Part shown: one piece after another, positions 9,782 to 20,339 of the stretch
Layout: each line of letters opens with the position of its first letter
How positions within the stretch are numbered: position 1 is the first letter of the stretch
Source: Myxococcota bacterium
GTDB lineage: Bacteria > Myxococcota_A > UBA796 > CAJQPC01
NCBI GenBank assembly: GCA_036229005.1
Contig: JAZAMN010000047.1
Location: 21,339-85,338 of the forward strand
Direction of reading: 5' to 3'
Length of the DNA: 64,000 nucleotides
Position numbers and translations under genes: made by a program
Notes under the pieces: generated by a model
Databases searched by the model: none
The model's input: only the letters and a program-made list of their open reading frames with translations
What the model was told of the DNA's origin: nothing

Positions 9782-10989
9782 CAGAGCTCGCGCCGAGGGG
9801 GGAGCACCGCGTTGGCCGCCAGCAGGCCGCCGACCAGGGCCATGGCGACGATCAGCATCTCCACGACCGCGCTCACGCCGTCCATGGTCTGGGCGTGGGA
9901 GAAGGCCTGGATGCCCTTGAAGCCCACCGAGCCCGGGACCAGGAGCACGAGCCCCGGCAGCAGGGTCACCGAGGCGGGGACGTCCCGCAGGCGGGCCTGG
10001 GCGTTGGAGAAGAGGACCATGGCGAAGGCTCCCAGACCAGGGCCCACCCTCGGGCCCATCAGGTCGATCGCCACTCCAGTGAACCCGATCGCGAGCACCG
10101 AGGCCATCACGATCCACACAAAGTCGCGCATGCGGGCCTGGAAGAGCACGCCGAAACTGAGGCCCGCGACCAGCACCATCGGCCAGTATGCGGCGTTGGG
10201 CGGGGCAGGGAGCGGGCCCTGGACAGGGTCCACCAGGGCGGATGCGAGCTCAAGCCCCAGCGCGGTGCCCAGGCCCAGCTTGAGGAGCACGATGGCAGCG
10301 CCAGCGGTGCGCGCGGTGCCCGCTGAGAGGTGTCCGGTGGCCATCTCCGCCATCGCGGTGGTCAGGCTGAGGCCCGGGACGAACACGATCAGCCCGGCCA
10401 AGGCGACCCGCTCCGGGGACATCGGGTAGACCGAGGCCGCGAGCCCGGCGATCAGCGCCACCCCGGTCGCGACGACCAGGTGCATCACGCGCTCGTGGTG
10501 GGGGTTTCGCGACATCCGCCCGGAAGCGCCCGCCGAGAAGGCCGCCAGCCCGCCGGCCAGCAGCGCCTCGACCCAGCCTGCGCCAAAGAGCAGCGCCGCC
10601 GCCATCGAGCCCACCGCGAAGGCGACCAGGATGATCGCGGGACCCCAGCGACGCGGCGTGTCCGACAGGTCCTGCAGGGCCTCCATCGCGCCCTCGGGGG
10701 AGAGCGTGCCCCGGGCCAGGCGGGCGCCGACACGGTCCACCGCGACGAGCCGGGACAGATCCGCGTCCATGGGGCGTACGCGCAGCATCTCCATGTGCCC
10801 ATCGACCTGCAGCATCACGGAGGTCGGCGTGCCGAACACCACGAGGTCCAGCCCCATGGCGTCCGCGACCGCGTGCAGGGTGTCCTCCAGGCGATGCGCA
10901 GGGGCCCCGGCCTCGTGGAGCGAGCGGGCGAGCATGGCGAGCAGCTTGAGCATCAGCAGGGAGGAGTTGAATGTCTTGTCTTCTTCCAT
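9781..10989 (-). CDS. threonine/serine exporter ThrE family
   Basis: GAPAHRLE, PTS, FVPGLSLT..E..G...AG, LLPGLVLLVPGSVG motifs; about 10 TM. Confidence 0.9.
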   Translation of the reverse strand: MEEDKTFNSSLLMLKLLAMLARSLHEAGAPAHRLEDTLHAVADAMGLDLVVFGTPTSVMLQVDGHMEMLRVRPMDADLSRLVAVDRVGARLARGTLSPEGAMEALQDLSDTPRRWGPAIILVAFAVGSMAAALLFGAGWVEALLAGGLAAFSAGASGRMSRNPHHERVMHLVVATGVALIAGLAASVYPMSPERVALAGLIVFVPGLSLTTAMAEMATGHLSAGTARTAGAAIVLLKLGLGTALGLELASALVDPVQGPLPAPPNAAYWPMVLVAGLSFGVLFQARMRDFVWIVMASVLAIGFTGVAIDLMGPRVGPGLGAFAMVLFSNAQARLRDVPASVTLLPGLVLLVPGSVGFKGIQAFSHAQTMDGVSAVVEMLIVAMALVGGLLAANAVLPPRREL

Positions 10990-11074
10990 AAGACAGTCGC
11001 CCGATCAAGGTGAGCGCTTAAATACGTCCGTCCGGATAGGGACTCCAGCGAATAGTTTTCGGATTGGAGGCCCA

Positions 11075-11557
11075 ATGGAGCCCCTGGACCAGAGTGATCT
11101 CCGGCTACTGCGCCTGCTGCAGGAAGATGCTCGGCGCCCCTTCAAGGAGCTCGCGCATTCTGTAGCTTTGGCCACATCTACGGTGTACGAGCGCGTTCGG
11201 CGCCTGCGCGCGACGGGGGTGTTGCTGGGCACGCACGCCGAAGTGACACCGGCCGCCCTGGGTTTGCGGCTGCAGGCCATGGTGTTCGTGCAGCTCAACC
11301 AGCACTCGGGCCAGGCGCTCGAGGCCTTCGCCGTGGGCATGGCGCAGCGCGAGTGGGTGCGCGACGTCTACCATCTGGCCGGTCGCCAGGACTTCGCCCT
11401 GCACGTGGTCGCCCGAGACACCGAGAGCCTGCGGGCGCAGGTCATGGAGGTCACCGAGCTCGCGGAGGTGCGGCAGGTGGAGACCAACCTCATCTTTGAA
11501 CACCGCCGGAACCATGTGCTCCCGGACAGCTCGACCCCCAAGGCCCCAGCGAGGTGA
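11075..11557 (+). CDS. Lrp/AsnC family transcriptional regulator
   Basis: LD..D..LL..LQEDAR...ELA..V.LA.STV.ERVRRL HTH; GGAGG RBS; divergent from the ThrE exporter. Confidence 0.93.
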   Translation: MEPLDQSDLRLLRLLQEDARRPFKELAHSVALATSTVYERVRRLRATGVLLGTHAEVTPAALGLRLQAMVFVQLNQHSGQALEAFAVGMAQREWVRDVYHLAGRQDFALHVVARDTESLRAQVMEVTELAEVRQVETNLIFEHRRNHVLPDSSTPKAPAR

Positions 11558-11569
11558 CCCGGGCTCGAA

Positions 11570-12730
11570 TCAACGGGGGAGGGGGCCGCCGCCGTTGAAT
11601 GCCGCGCCCAGCAGCCCTCGGTAGAAGCGGGCAGCGCTGCGGGGGCGGCGGCGCTCAAGCTGCTCCAGGGCCTCGTAGCTGAGCAGCAGGGCGGAGCCGT
11701 CCTGCTCGCAGATGGCCAGCTCGGGATCGGAGCCGCGGATCCACGCTGCGGTACCAGCGACCTCGCCGGGGCCACGAAGCACTCCCTCTTCTGAGACGGA
11801 GCCGCGGAGCACGAGGTGCAGACCCAAGCCCAGGTCCACCTCTTCTCCTCGGCTCAAGGGCCTCCAGTCCAGGTAGTGCCGGAGCAGGCGGAGGTCGTAC
11901 TCGTTGAGGGGCAGGGAGATCCGTCCGTTGGCCAGGCGCTCGCGGTCCTCCTCCAGGAGCTCAGCCGGGGGGAGCTCGGGGTCGTCGATGCGCGCGATGG
12001 TCACGGAGATGTTGTCGGGGCCACCGCGCTGGTTCGCGGCGTCCACCAGGGCCTGTGCGGCTTCGTCGGGATCCGGGGTCTCGCGGAGGATGCGGGCGAT
12101 CTCGGCGTCGGAGACGGGGCCGGAGAGGCCGTCGGAGCAGAGCAGGACCACGTCGCCGTCGGCCAGGGGCTCGTCGAAGAGGTCGGGGTCCAGCTCGGAG
12201 CGGATCCCCAGCGCCTGGTACAGCATGTGCTGGTAGGGCGAGGTGGCGTATTCTTCCGGGGTCATGACGCCCGCGCGGAGCTGCGCGGCCGCGACCGTGT
12301 GGTCATCGGTCAGCAGGCGGAGGGTGCCGCTCCGGAGCAGGTAGGCGCGGGAGTCGCCCACGTTGGAGACGATCAGGTGGCCGCCGGCGACCACACCCAG
12401 GACCAGGGTGGTCCCGCTGTTCGCGCCCTCGGTGGCCTGTTGGACGCGGGTGGAGCCCAGCTCGGCGATCTGCTCCATCGCGCCACCCAGCGAGAGGCGG
12501 TTCTTCACGCTGGGGCTGCGGTCGACCTGGGCGACGATCTCGCTGATGGCCCGCTTCGCGTCATGAAGCAGTGAGATCGCGGCTCGGCTGGCGACCTCGC
12601 CCTTCTCCAGGCCCCCCATGCCGTCGGCCACGGCGAGGAGCCCGATCTCGGGGAGGATGGTGCAGGCGTCCTGGTTGGACTGCCTGTGAACGCCGACGTC
12701 GGTCAGGGACGCTGTGTGAACGAGCTTCAA
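11570..12730 (-). CDS. PP2C family Ser/Thr phosphatase with degenerate C-terminal cNMP-binding-like domain
   Basis: NQD, VADGMGG, GTT, NVGDSRAY, LCSDGL, GGPDNIS motifs. Confidence 0.9.
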   Translation of the reverse strand: MKLVHTASLTDVGVHRQSNQDACTILPEIGLLAVADGMGGLEKGEVASRAAISLLHDAKRAISEIVAQVDRSPSVKNRLSLGGAMEQIAELGSTRVQQATEGANSGTTLVLGVVAGGHLIVSNVGDSRAYLLRSGTLRLLTDDHTVAAAQLRAGVMTPEEYATSPYQHMLYQALGIRSELDPDLFDEPLADGDVVLLCSDGLSGPVSDAEIARILRETPDPDEAAQALVDAANQRGGPDNISVTIARIDDPELPPAELLEEDRERLANGRISLPLNEYDLRLLRHYLDWRPLSRGEEVDLGLGLHLVLRGSVSEEGVLRGPGEVAGTAAWIRGSDPELAICEQDGSALLLSYEALEQLERRRPRSAARFYRGLLGAAFNGGGPLPR

Positions 12731-12885
12731 GTCACGCCTCGAGCGGGGTCGGAGCAGCGTACCACCAGTCGGGAGTGTGGCGGCGCTGAGACCGGTCAGT
12801 GGCGGCTGGGCGGGGCCTTGACACCCCAGGGGAGGGGCCATACAGCCGTCCTCCGTTTTGCCAAGATTCAGCGAGGTCGCAGCCC

Positions 12886-14046
12886 ATGTCCGACAGCACC
12901 GAAGTCCTCTTCGAGATCACCAACGCCCACCTCAACACGGGGCTCCGCGGCTTCCCCGTGGGGACGGTGCGGACCAGCTTCGTCGATCCCATCACGGGGC
13001 TGCACTACGTGGGCTACCCCATCTCCAAGATCTGGGACCTGGACCCCGAGGCCGCGGTCTACCTGCTCCTGAACAAGGAGCTCCCCTCCGATGAGCAGCT
13101 CGCCGCCTTCAAGGCCGAGCTCGTCGAGCGCTCCAAGGTGGACGACGCCGTGCTCAGCGCCCTGGCCAGCCTGCCCAAGCAGGGCCACCCGATGGAGTGG
13201 CTGATCGCTGGCCTCAACCTGATGGGCATGACCGCCAAGACCGGGGACTACCGCGAGGACGGCCTGAACGTCATCGCCAAGCTGCCCACCCTGGTGGCCG
13301 CCATCTTCCGCCTGCGCGAGGGCTGGGGCGCCCCCATCGCCTCCAAGCCGGAGCTGGGGCTCATCGAGAATTTCGTCCAGATGCTGGGCGTGCCCAACGC
13401 CGACCCCGAGAAGCTCAAGAAGCTGCTCCGCGTGTTCTACGTGCTGCACCTGGACCACGGCGGCGGCAACCTGAGCACCTTCACCGGCAAGTGCGTGGCC
13501 TCCGGCCTCTCCGACATGTACGCCTCCCTGGGCGCCGCGATGGCTGGCCTCTACGGTCCCCGTCACGGCCGCGCCAACCAGGATTGCCTGAACTTCCTGC
13601 GCAAGGTCGGCACCAACGACCCCGACGAGGTCGAGGCCTTCGTCCGCAACGAGCTGGCCAACAAGCGCCTGATCTTCGGCTTCGGTCACGCGGTGCTGCG
13701 CGCCGAGGACCCCCGCGCCACCATCCAGTACAAGCTGGGTGAGGAGATCTGCGGCGACGACCCCCTGTACAAGACCGCCGTCGCCATGCGGGAGCGCGCC
13801 GTCAAGGTGCTCAAGGAGAACCCCAAGGTCTCCAACCCCTACCCCAACGTCGACGCCGTCTCCGGCACCCTGCTGCAGGCCGTCGGCCTCGCGGAGAGCG
13901 ACTACTACACCGTGCTCTTCGGGCTCTCCCGCTGCTCCGGCATCGTGGCCCAGATCATCGACGAGCGCCTGAACTTCCGCGGCGGCAAGGGCGTCGCCAT
14001 CTACCGCTGCAAGTACATCACGGAAGACCAGCCCGCCCGCGACTGA
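12886..14046 (+). CDS. gltA: citrate synthase (eukaryote-like motif type)
   Basis: HLDHGGGNLS, GPRHGRANQ, GFGHAVLRAEDPR, PNVDAVSG, YYTVLFGLSR. Confidence 0.92.
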   Translation: MSDSTEVLFEITNAHLNTGLRGFPVGTVRTSFVDPITGLHYVGYPISKIWDLDPEAAVYLLLNKELPSDEQLAAFKAELVERSKVDDAVLSALASLPKQGHPMEWLIAGLNLMGMTAKTGDYREDGLNVIAKLPTLVAAIFRLREGWGAPIASKPELGLIENFVQMLGVPNADPEKLKKLLRVFYVLHLDHGGGNLSTFTGKCVASGLSDMYASLGAAMAGLYGPRHGRANQDCLNFLRKVGTNDPDEVEAFVRNELANKRLIFGFGHAVLRAEDPRATIQYKLGEEICGDDPLYKTAVAMRERAVKVLKENPKVSNPYPNVDAVSGTLLQAVGLAESDYYTVLFGLSRCSGIVAQIIDERLNFRGGKGVAIYRCKYITEDQPARD

Positions 14047-16374
<2,328 letters not shown>

Positions 16375-16400
16375 GCAGGCTGGAGCGCGGGGGCTGAGTC

Positions 16401-17342
16401 GTGAAGACCCACGCCACCCGCGCTCAGTCGGAGCTCCTTCGCTTCCGCTGCACCCTCTGCGGGGGCTGCTGTGAGGGGGTGAAGGTCCCGGTCTCCGAAG
16501 CGGAGGTCCCCGCCATCGAGCGCGCGGGGGCTGCCTTGGGGGTCGCCCAGCCGGTGGATGGCAGGGCGCTCCGCTTCGAGGGGGGACAGTGTGTGTTCCA
16601 GACCCAGGGCCGCTGCCGAATCCACGGTGAGCTGGGCCCGGAGCGCAAGCCCCACGCCTGCCAGCAGTTCCCGCTGATCGCCCTGCGCGCCGAGGACGGC
16701 CTACGGATCGGTGTCGACCCTGCGGCCTATGGTGCCCACAGCTCCTGGTTGCGCGGTGAGCCTCTGCCCGACATGGCGCTCAGGGCCAGTCGGGTGTCGT
16801 GCCCAGGGGGCCAGCGGGGGCTGGAGGCCGCCTTGGTTCAGGCCTGTGAGGCGCCCGACGCGTCGGTGGGAGCCCTGCTCGCGCTGCTCTGTCAGGAGTC
16901 GGCTCCAACTGGGGGGCTGCCCCTCGCGTTCTCCCAGCGCTGGGCCCAGCACCTCAGCCAGCTCGACTTCCAGGCCTTCCTCCAGGCGCGCGGCCCGGGG
17001 CCGCTGCTCTTGGGCCAGCTCGAGCCCGTGGCCAGCGCGGCACCCCAGTTCAGTGGGGGACCGCCCCCGTGGGCACTGAGCCCCGAGAGCGAGCGCTGGG
17101 TCGTCGAGGCCACCCGGCGCGTGCTCTTCCTGCGCCTTCTGGCCAACATCCCCAGCGTGTCCATTGGCGCGCTGCTGGTCCTGGGCGGCGCGCTGGCCTG
17201 CGCCTGGACCGACCCGCGCCCTGGCCGCTTCGAGCCGCGCTTCACCGCCTGGCTCCGGGCCTTGCGCTTCGATCCCTTCTGGCAGCGCTTGGCCAGGACC
17301 GACCTGATGTGGCTGGCCACCGGTCAGCGCGGGCCCATCTGA
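16401..17342 (+). CDS. YkgJ/CxxCxxCC cysteine-cluster (Zn/Fe-chelating) protein
   Basis: CTLCGGCC, C..., CRIH, KPHACQQFP. Confidence 0.82.
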   Translation: MKTHATRAQSELLRFRCTLCGGCCEGVKVPVSEAEVPAIERAGAALGVAQPVDGRALRFEGGQCVFQTQGRCRIHGELGPERKPHACQQFPLIALRAEDGLRIGVDPAAYGAHSSWLRGEPLPDMALRASRVSCPGGQRGLEAALVQACEAPDASVGALLALLCQESAPTGGLPLAFSQRWAQHLSQLDFQAFLQARGPGPLLLGQLEPVASAAPQFSGGPPPWALSPESERWVVEATRRVLFLRLLANIPSVSIGALLVLGGALACAWTDPRPGRFEPRFTAWLRALRFDPFWQRLARTDLMWLATGQRGPI

Positions 17343-17364
17343 GCGCGGGCCCACCTGAGCGCGC

Positions 17365-17850
17365 TCAGCGCAGCGGGTTCTCCAGCCGGTCGCGCATGTT
17401 CTCCAGCATGGCCGTGCACTGCTTGACGGACTCGCGCCGGACCAGCCCCTGGGGGGCCGGGATCTTGAGCGAGGTGCGCACCTGGTAGGTGATTGCAGTC
17501 CCGCCCTCCGTCTCGGTGAAGCGCCAGCGGGCCTGGAACTGGTCCATCTCGTCGCTGTGGACCAGGGTCTCCACCATCCCGTCCGCGCTGGGGCAGGCGC
17601 GGGTCACGAAGCGCACGGAGAGCAGCGGGTGGGCCTGGTAGCGCTCCACCAGCCAACAGCTCCCTTCCCGCTCTTGGGAGACCAGGGCGTCCTCGCCGGC
17701 GATCCGCTCGATCGCCTCCGGGCTGCTCAGTGCCGCGCGGACCTCGTCCACGGGGGCCTCGACCAATACCTTGGAGATCACGCTGCCGTCGCTGTTGACC
17801 TGGGTCTGGGCCGGCGCGCCCAGGCCGATGAAGAGGCTGAGAAGGTGCAT
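17365..17850 (-). CDS. exported SRPBCC/polyketide cyclase-like protein
   Basis: Short signal peptide; V.AP..EV, F.ARWRF...EGGT.I.Y pattern. Confidence 0.7.
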   Translation of the reverse strand: MHLLSLFIGLGAPAQTQVNSDGSVISKVLVEAPVDEVRAALSSPEAIERIAGEDALVSQEREGSCWLVERYQAHPLLSVRFVTRACPSADGMVETLVHSDEMDQFQARWRFTETEGGTAITYQVRTSLKIPAPQGLVRRESVKQCTAMLENMRDRLENPLR

Positions 17851-17916
17851 TCAGGACTCCCGCTGCCCCCAAGCTGCCTCCTTTCCCCGGGCCCCCGCAA
17901 GCAATAGGAGGGCACG

Positions 17917-18375
17917 ATGCTGAAACAACACGCCATCGCCGCCCTGCAGGCCCATCTACAGGCGGAGCTCCGCGCAGTGGAGGCGATCGCCGCCGCCGCC
18001 CGGGACGAGACCACCTCGGACGAGACCCGGCAGGAGGGCAAGTACGACACCCGCGCCATCGAGGCCTCCTACCTGGCCCGGGGGCAGGCCGAGCGCGTCG
18101 CGGCGCTTCGCCAGCTCGTCTCCTGGTTCAGCGTGCTGCAGCCCAGCGAGTGCGCCCAGGTGCAGGTGGGGGCGCTGGTCCAGCTCGAGCGCCTGGGTTG
18201 GCTCTTCGTCGCGCCCGTGGGCGGCCACCGGGTCCAGGTCGAGGGAGTGGCGCTGCGCATGGTGTCCCCCTCAGCGCCCCTCGGTCAGGCCATCGCCGAC
18301 CTGGAAGAGGGGGACGTCGCCGAGATCGAGGGCCCCCGCGGCGCCCAACACCTGGAGGTGCTCCAGGTGAGGTGA
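17917..18375 (+). CDS. GreA/GreB family elongation factor-like protein
   Basis: EGKYDTRAIEASYLARGQ, V.VGALV, SPSAPLGQA...EGD. Confidence 0.85.
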   Translation: MLKQHAIAALQAHLQAELRAVEAIAAAARDETTSDETRQEGKYDTRAIEASYLARGQAERVAALRQLVSWFSVLQPSECAQVQVGALVQLERLGWLFVAPVGGHRVQVEGVALRMVSPSAPLGQAIADLEEGDVAEIEGPRGAQHLEVLQVR

Positions 18376-18466
18376 GCTAGGGGCTGTCAATGCGCGCTCT
18401 CGCCGAGCTACGGGGTGTCAATGCGCGCTTTCGCCGAGCTACGGGGTGTCAATGCGCGTTCGTGCC
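18374..18466 (+). repeat. 3 x 31-bp tandem repeat (GAGCTACGGGGTGTCAATGCGCGCTTTCGCC)
   Basis: Units start at 18374, 18405 and 18436. Confidence 0.9.
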
Positions 18467-18473
18467 CTCCAAA

Positions 18474-18640
18474 CCGCGCACTCAGCGTCCGTAGCTCCGA
18501 GAAGCCGTGCACTCAGCGGCCGTAGCTCCAAGAAGCCGCGCACTCAGCGTCCGTAGCTCCGAGAAGCCGCGCACTCAGCGGCCGTAGCTCCGAGAAGCCG
18601 CGCACTCAGCGGCCGTAGCTCCGAAAAGCCAGACTCAGCG
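18474..18640 (-). repeat. 5+ x 31-bp tandem repeat (CCGCGCACTCAGCGGCCGTAGCTCCGAGAAG on +), inverted relative of the preceding array
   Basis: Units start at 18474, 18505, 18536, 18567, 18598, plus a partial; the reverse complement shares GAGCTACGG and TGCGCG with the left array. Confidence 0.9.
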
Positions 18641-18646
18641 CGCCCT

Positions 18647-19198
18647 CTACTCCGCCGGCTCATGCATCAGGCACACCGAGTTCATGCAGTAGCGCTTGCC
18701 GGTGGGCTTCGGGCCGTCGTTGAACACATGCCCCAGGTGTGCTCCGCAGCGCCCGCAGAGCACCTCGCTACGCACCATCCCCAGGCCAAAGTCCATCTTG
18801 ATCTCCACCGAGTCCTCGCCCTTCACGTCGTAGAAGCTCGGCCAGCCCGTGCCCGACTCGAACTTGGTGTCCGCGTCAAAGAGCGCGTGCCCACAGGAGC
18901 TGCACACAAAGGTCCCAGCCTCCTTCTGGTGGTTCAGGGCCCCGCTCCAGGGGCGCTCAGTGCCGGCCTCTCGGCACACCTCGTACTGCAGGGGCGTCAG
19001 GCTCTCCTTCCAGTACGCCTTGTCCTTGGCCGCCCAGTCCACCGCGTCGGTGTCCACGCCCTCCAGGTGCTTGCCCACCCCGGGATCCGCGTGGGCCGCC
19101 TCCTTGGGGGCAGCCATCACAGGGCCCCGCAGCCCGATCGCCACGAGCGCGACCAGTGCCAGCAGGAAAGCGAGGATGAGGGGGATGCGGCGCTTCAT
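18647..19198 (-). CDS. msrB: peptide methionine-(R)-S-oxide reductase with N-terminal signal/anchor
   Basis: GTERP, CSSC, KFESGTGWPSF, CGRCGAHLGHVFNDGP, RYCMNS. Confidence 0.95.
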   Translation of the reverse strand: MKRRIPLILAFLLALVALVAIGLRGPVMAAPKEAAHADPGVGKHLEGVDTDAVDWAAKDKAYWKESLTPLQYEVCREAGTERPWSGALNHQKEAGTFVCSSCGHALFDADTKFESGTGWPSFYDVKGEDSVEIKMDFGLGMVRSEVLCGRCGAHLGHVFNDGPKPTGKRYCMNSVCLMHEPAE

Positions 19199-19259
19199 GG
19201 GACCTCCGTGGTTCACCCCTCCTGATTCCGTGGCCCCTTTGAGGGTGCGTAAAGACTTG

Positions 19260-20339
19260 TCACTCCGCCGAGGACAGGGTCCCGCCAAGCGTGACCTCGC
19301 CGGCGAACTGTTGTCCCTGGATCGCGCCGTCCTCCCCCAGGAGGGTCTCGGTGAAGAACGCAGCCGCGAGCTGCCCCGCAGCCCCTCGTCCCTGCGCGGG
19401 CTCGATGAAGTCGAAGGCGCTGCCGTCCTCGTGGCGCTCCCCGCTGCCGCAGCCGTCCTCGAAGCTGGGGTGCACCCCCAGGAGGTCCGAGACGCTCCAG
19501 TGCCCGGCGTCGGGCAGCTCCAGCATCCACGCGGGGCCGCCGGCCTCCTCGATGTTGGAGCGGATCAGCGTGTTGCCCAGCTCCGTGATGGACCCGTCCT
19601 CCTGGGCCAGCAGGATGGCGATGGGGGCGTCCAGCTCCGAGACCACGACGCCCTTGAGCAGCGGGTTCTCCATGGGCGCGGCCAGGCCCAGCGCGGCGCT
19701 CACCCGCGCGTCCTCCTGCAGCAGGTACCCCGAGGTCACGCTCCCGAAGCTGTGCCCGATGGCCCCGATGCGCTGCGCGTCGATCTCCAGCTCCAGCGGG
19801 GGCGTCGCGAGCACCTGATCCAACACCCGCTGCTGATCGCTCAGCCGGAGCGCCAGCGTGCTCTCGTTCAAGGGGAGCTGCCCTGTCTCGGCCAGCATCT
19901 CCCACATTGTGTTGCCCACGTGGTCGGGCGCCGCGACCACAAAACCCCAGCTCGCCAGGTGCTCCGCCACCGAGAAGGTCGAGAAGCGCGCGCACTCGTG
20001 GCAGTGCGACATCAGCAGCAGGGGGAGGGGACCGCCCACCGGCTCAGCGTCCAGGGTCGCCGTCGGCGCGTCGTTCACGCAGCCAGTCGGGGCCTCGGCC
20101 ATCAGGGTGGCCCACTGCTCGCCCTGCGCAGGGGTGAGGAAGGACTGGGTGATCGAGCTGGGCTGGCCCACCGCCTGGGTCGGGTACCAGATCTCCACCG
20201 TCAGCGACCGCTCGGCATCGTCGAGGACAAGCTGGGTGTGACCGGCCTGGTAGGGGCCCGCCGCGCTGTAGTCCGTCACCGGGGTCGAAGAGTCCACCGG
20301 CTCGGGCTGGGGGCAGGCGAGCAGCGTCAGCAGGATCAT
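19260..20339 (-). CDS. alpha/beta hydrolase lipoprotein (dienelactone hydrolase/PAF-AH-like)
   Basis: MILLTLLAC; EIWYP, HLASWGFVVAAPDH, GHSFG, DAGH. Confidence 0.85.
   Translation of the reverse strand: MILLTLLACPQPEPVDSSTPVTDYSAAGPYQAGHTQLVLDDAERSLTVEIWYPTQAVGQPSSITQSFLTPAQGEQWATLMAEAPTGCVNDAPTATLDAEPVGGPLPLLLMSHCHECARFSTFSVAEHLASWGFVVAAPDHVGNTMWEMLAETGQLPLNESTLALRLSDQQRVLDQVLATPPLELEIDAQRIGAIGHSFGSVTSGYLLQEDARVSAALGLAAPMENPLLKGVVVSELDAPIAILLAQEDGSITELGNTLIRSNIEEAGGPAWMLELPDAGHWSVSDLLGVHPSFEDGCGSGERHEDGSAFDFIEPAQGRGAAGQLAAAFFTETLLGEDGAIQGQQFAGEVTLGGTLSSAE

Noticed and set aside
10990..11074. Defined Lrp operator (CGAATAGTTTTCG)
   Set aside because: Plausible AT-rich imperfect palindrome but too degenerate to call from sequence alone
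16401..17342. Flagellin methylase FliB acting on the flagellin-like proteins
   Set aside because: The CxxCxxCC family is broad, and the gene lies over 40 kb away with no supporting linkage
18374..18640. CRISPR array
   Set aside because: The 31-bp units abut directly with no unique spacers, and there are no cas genes in the window
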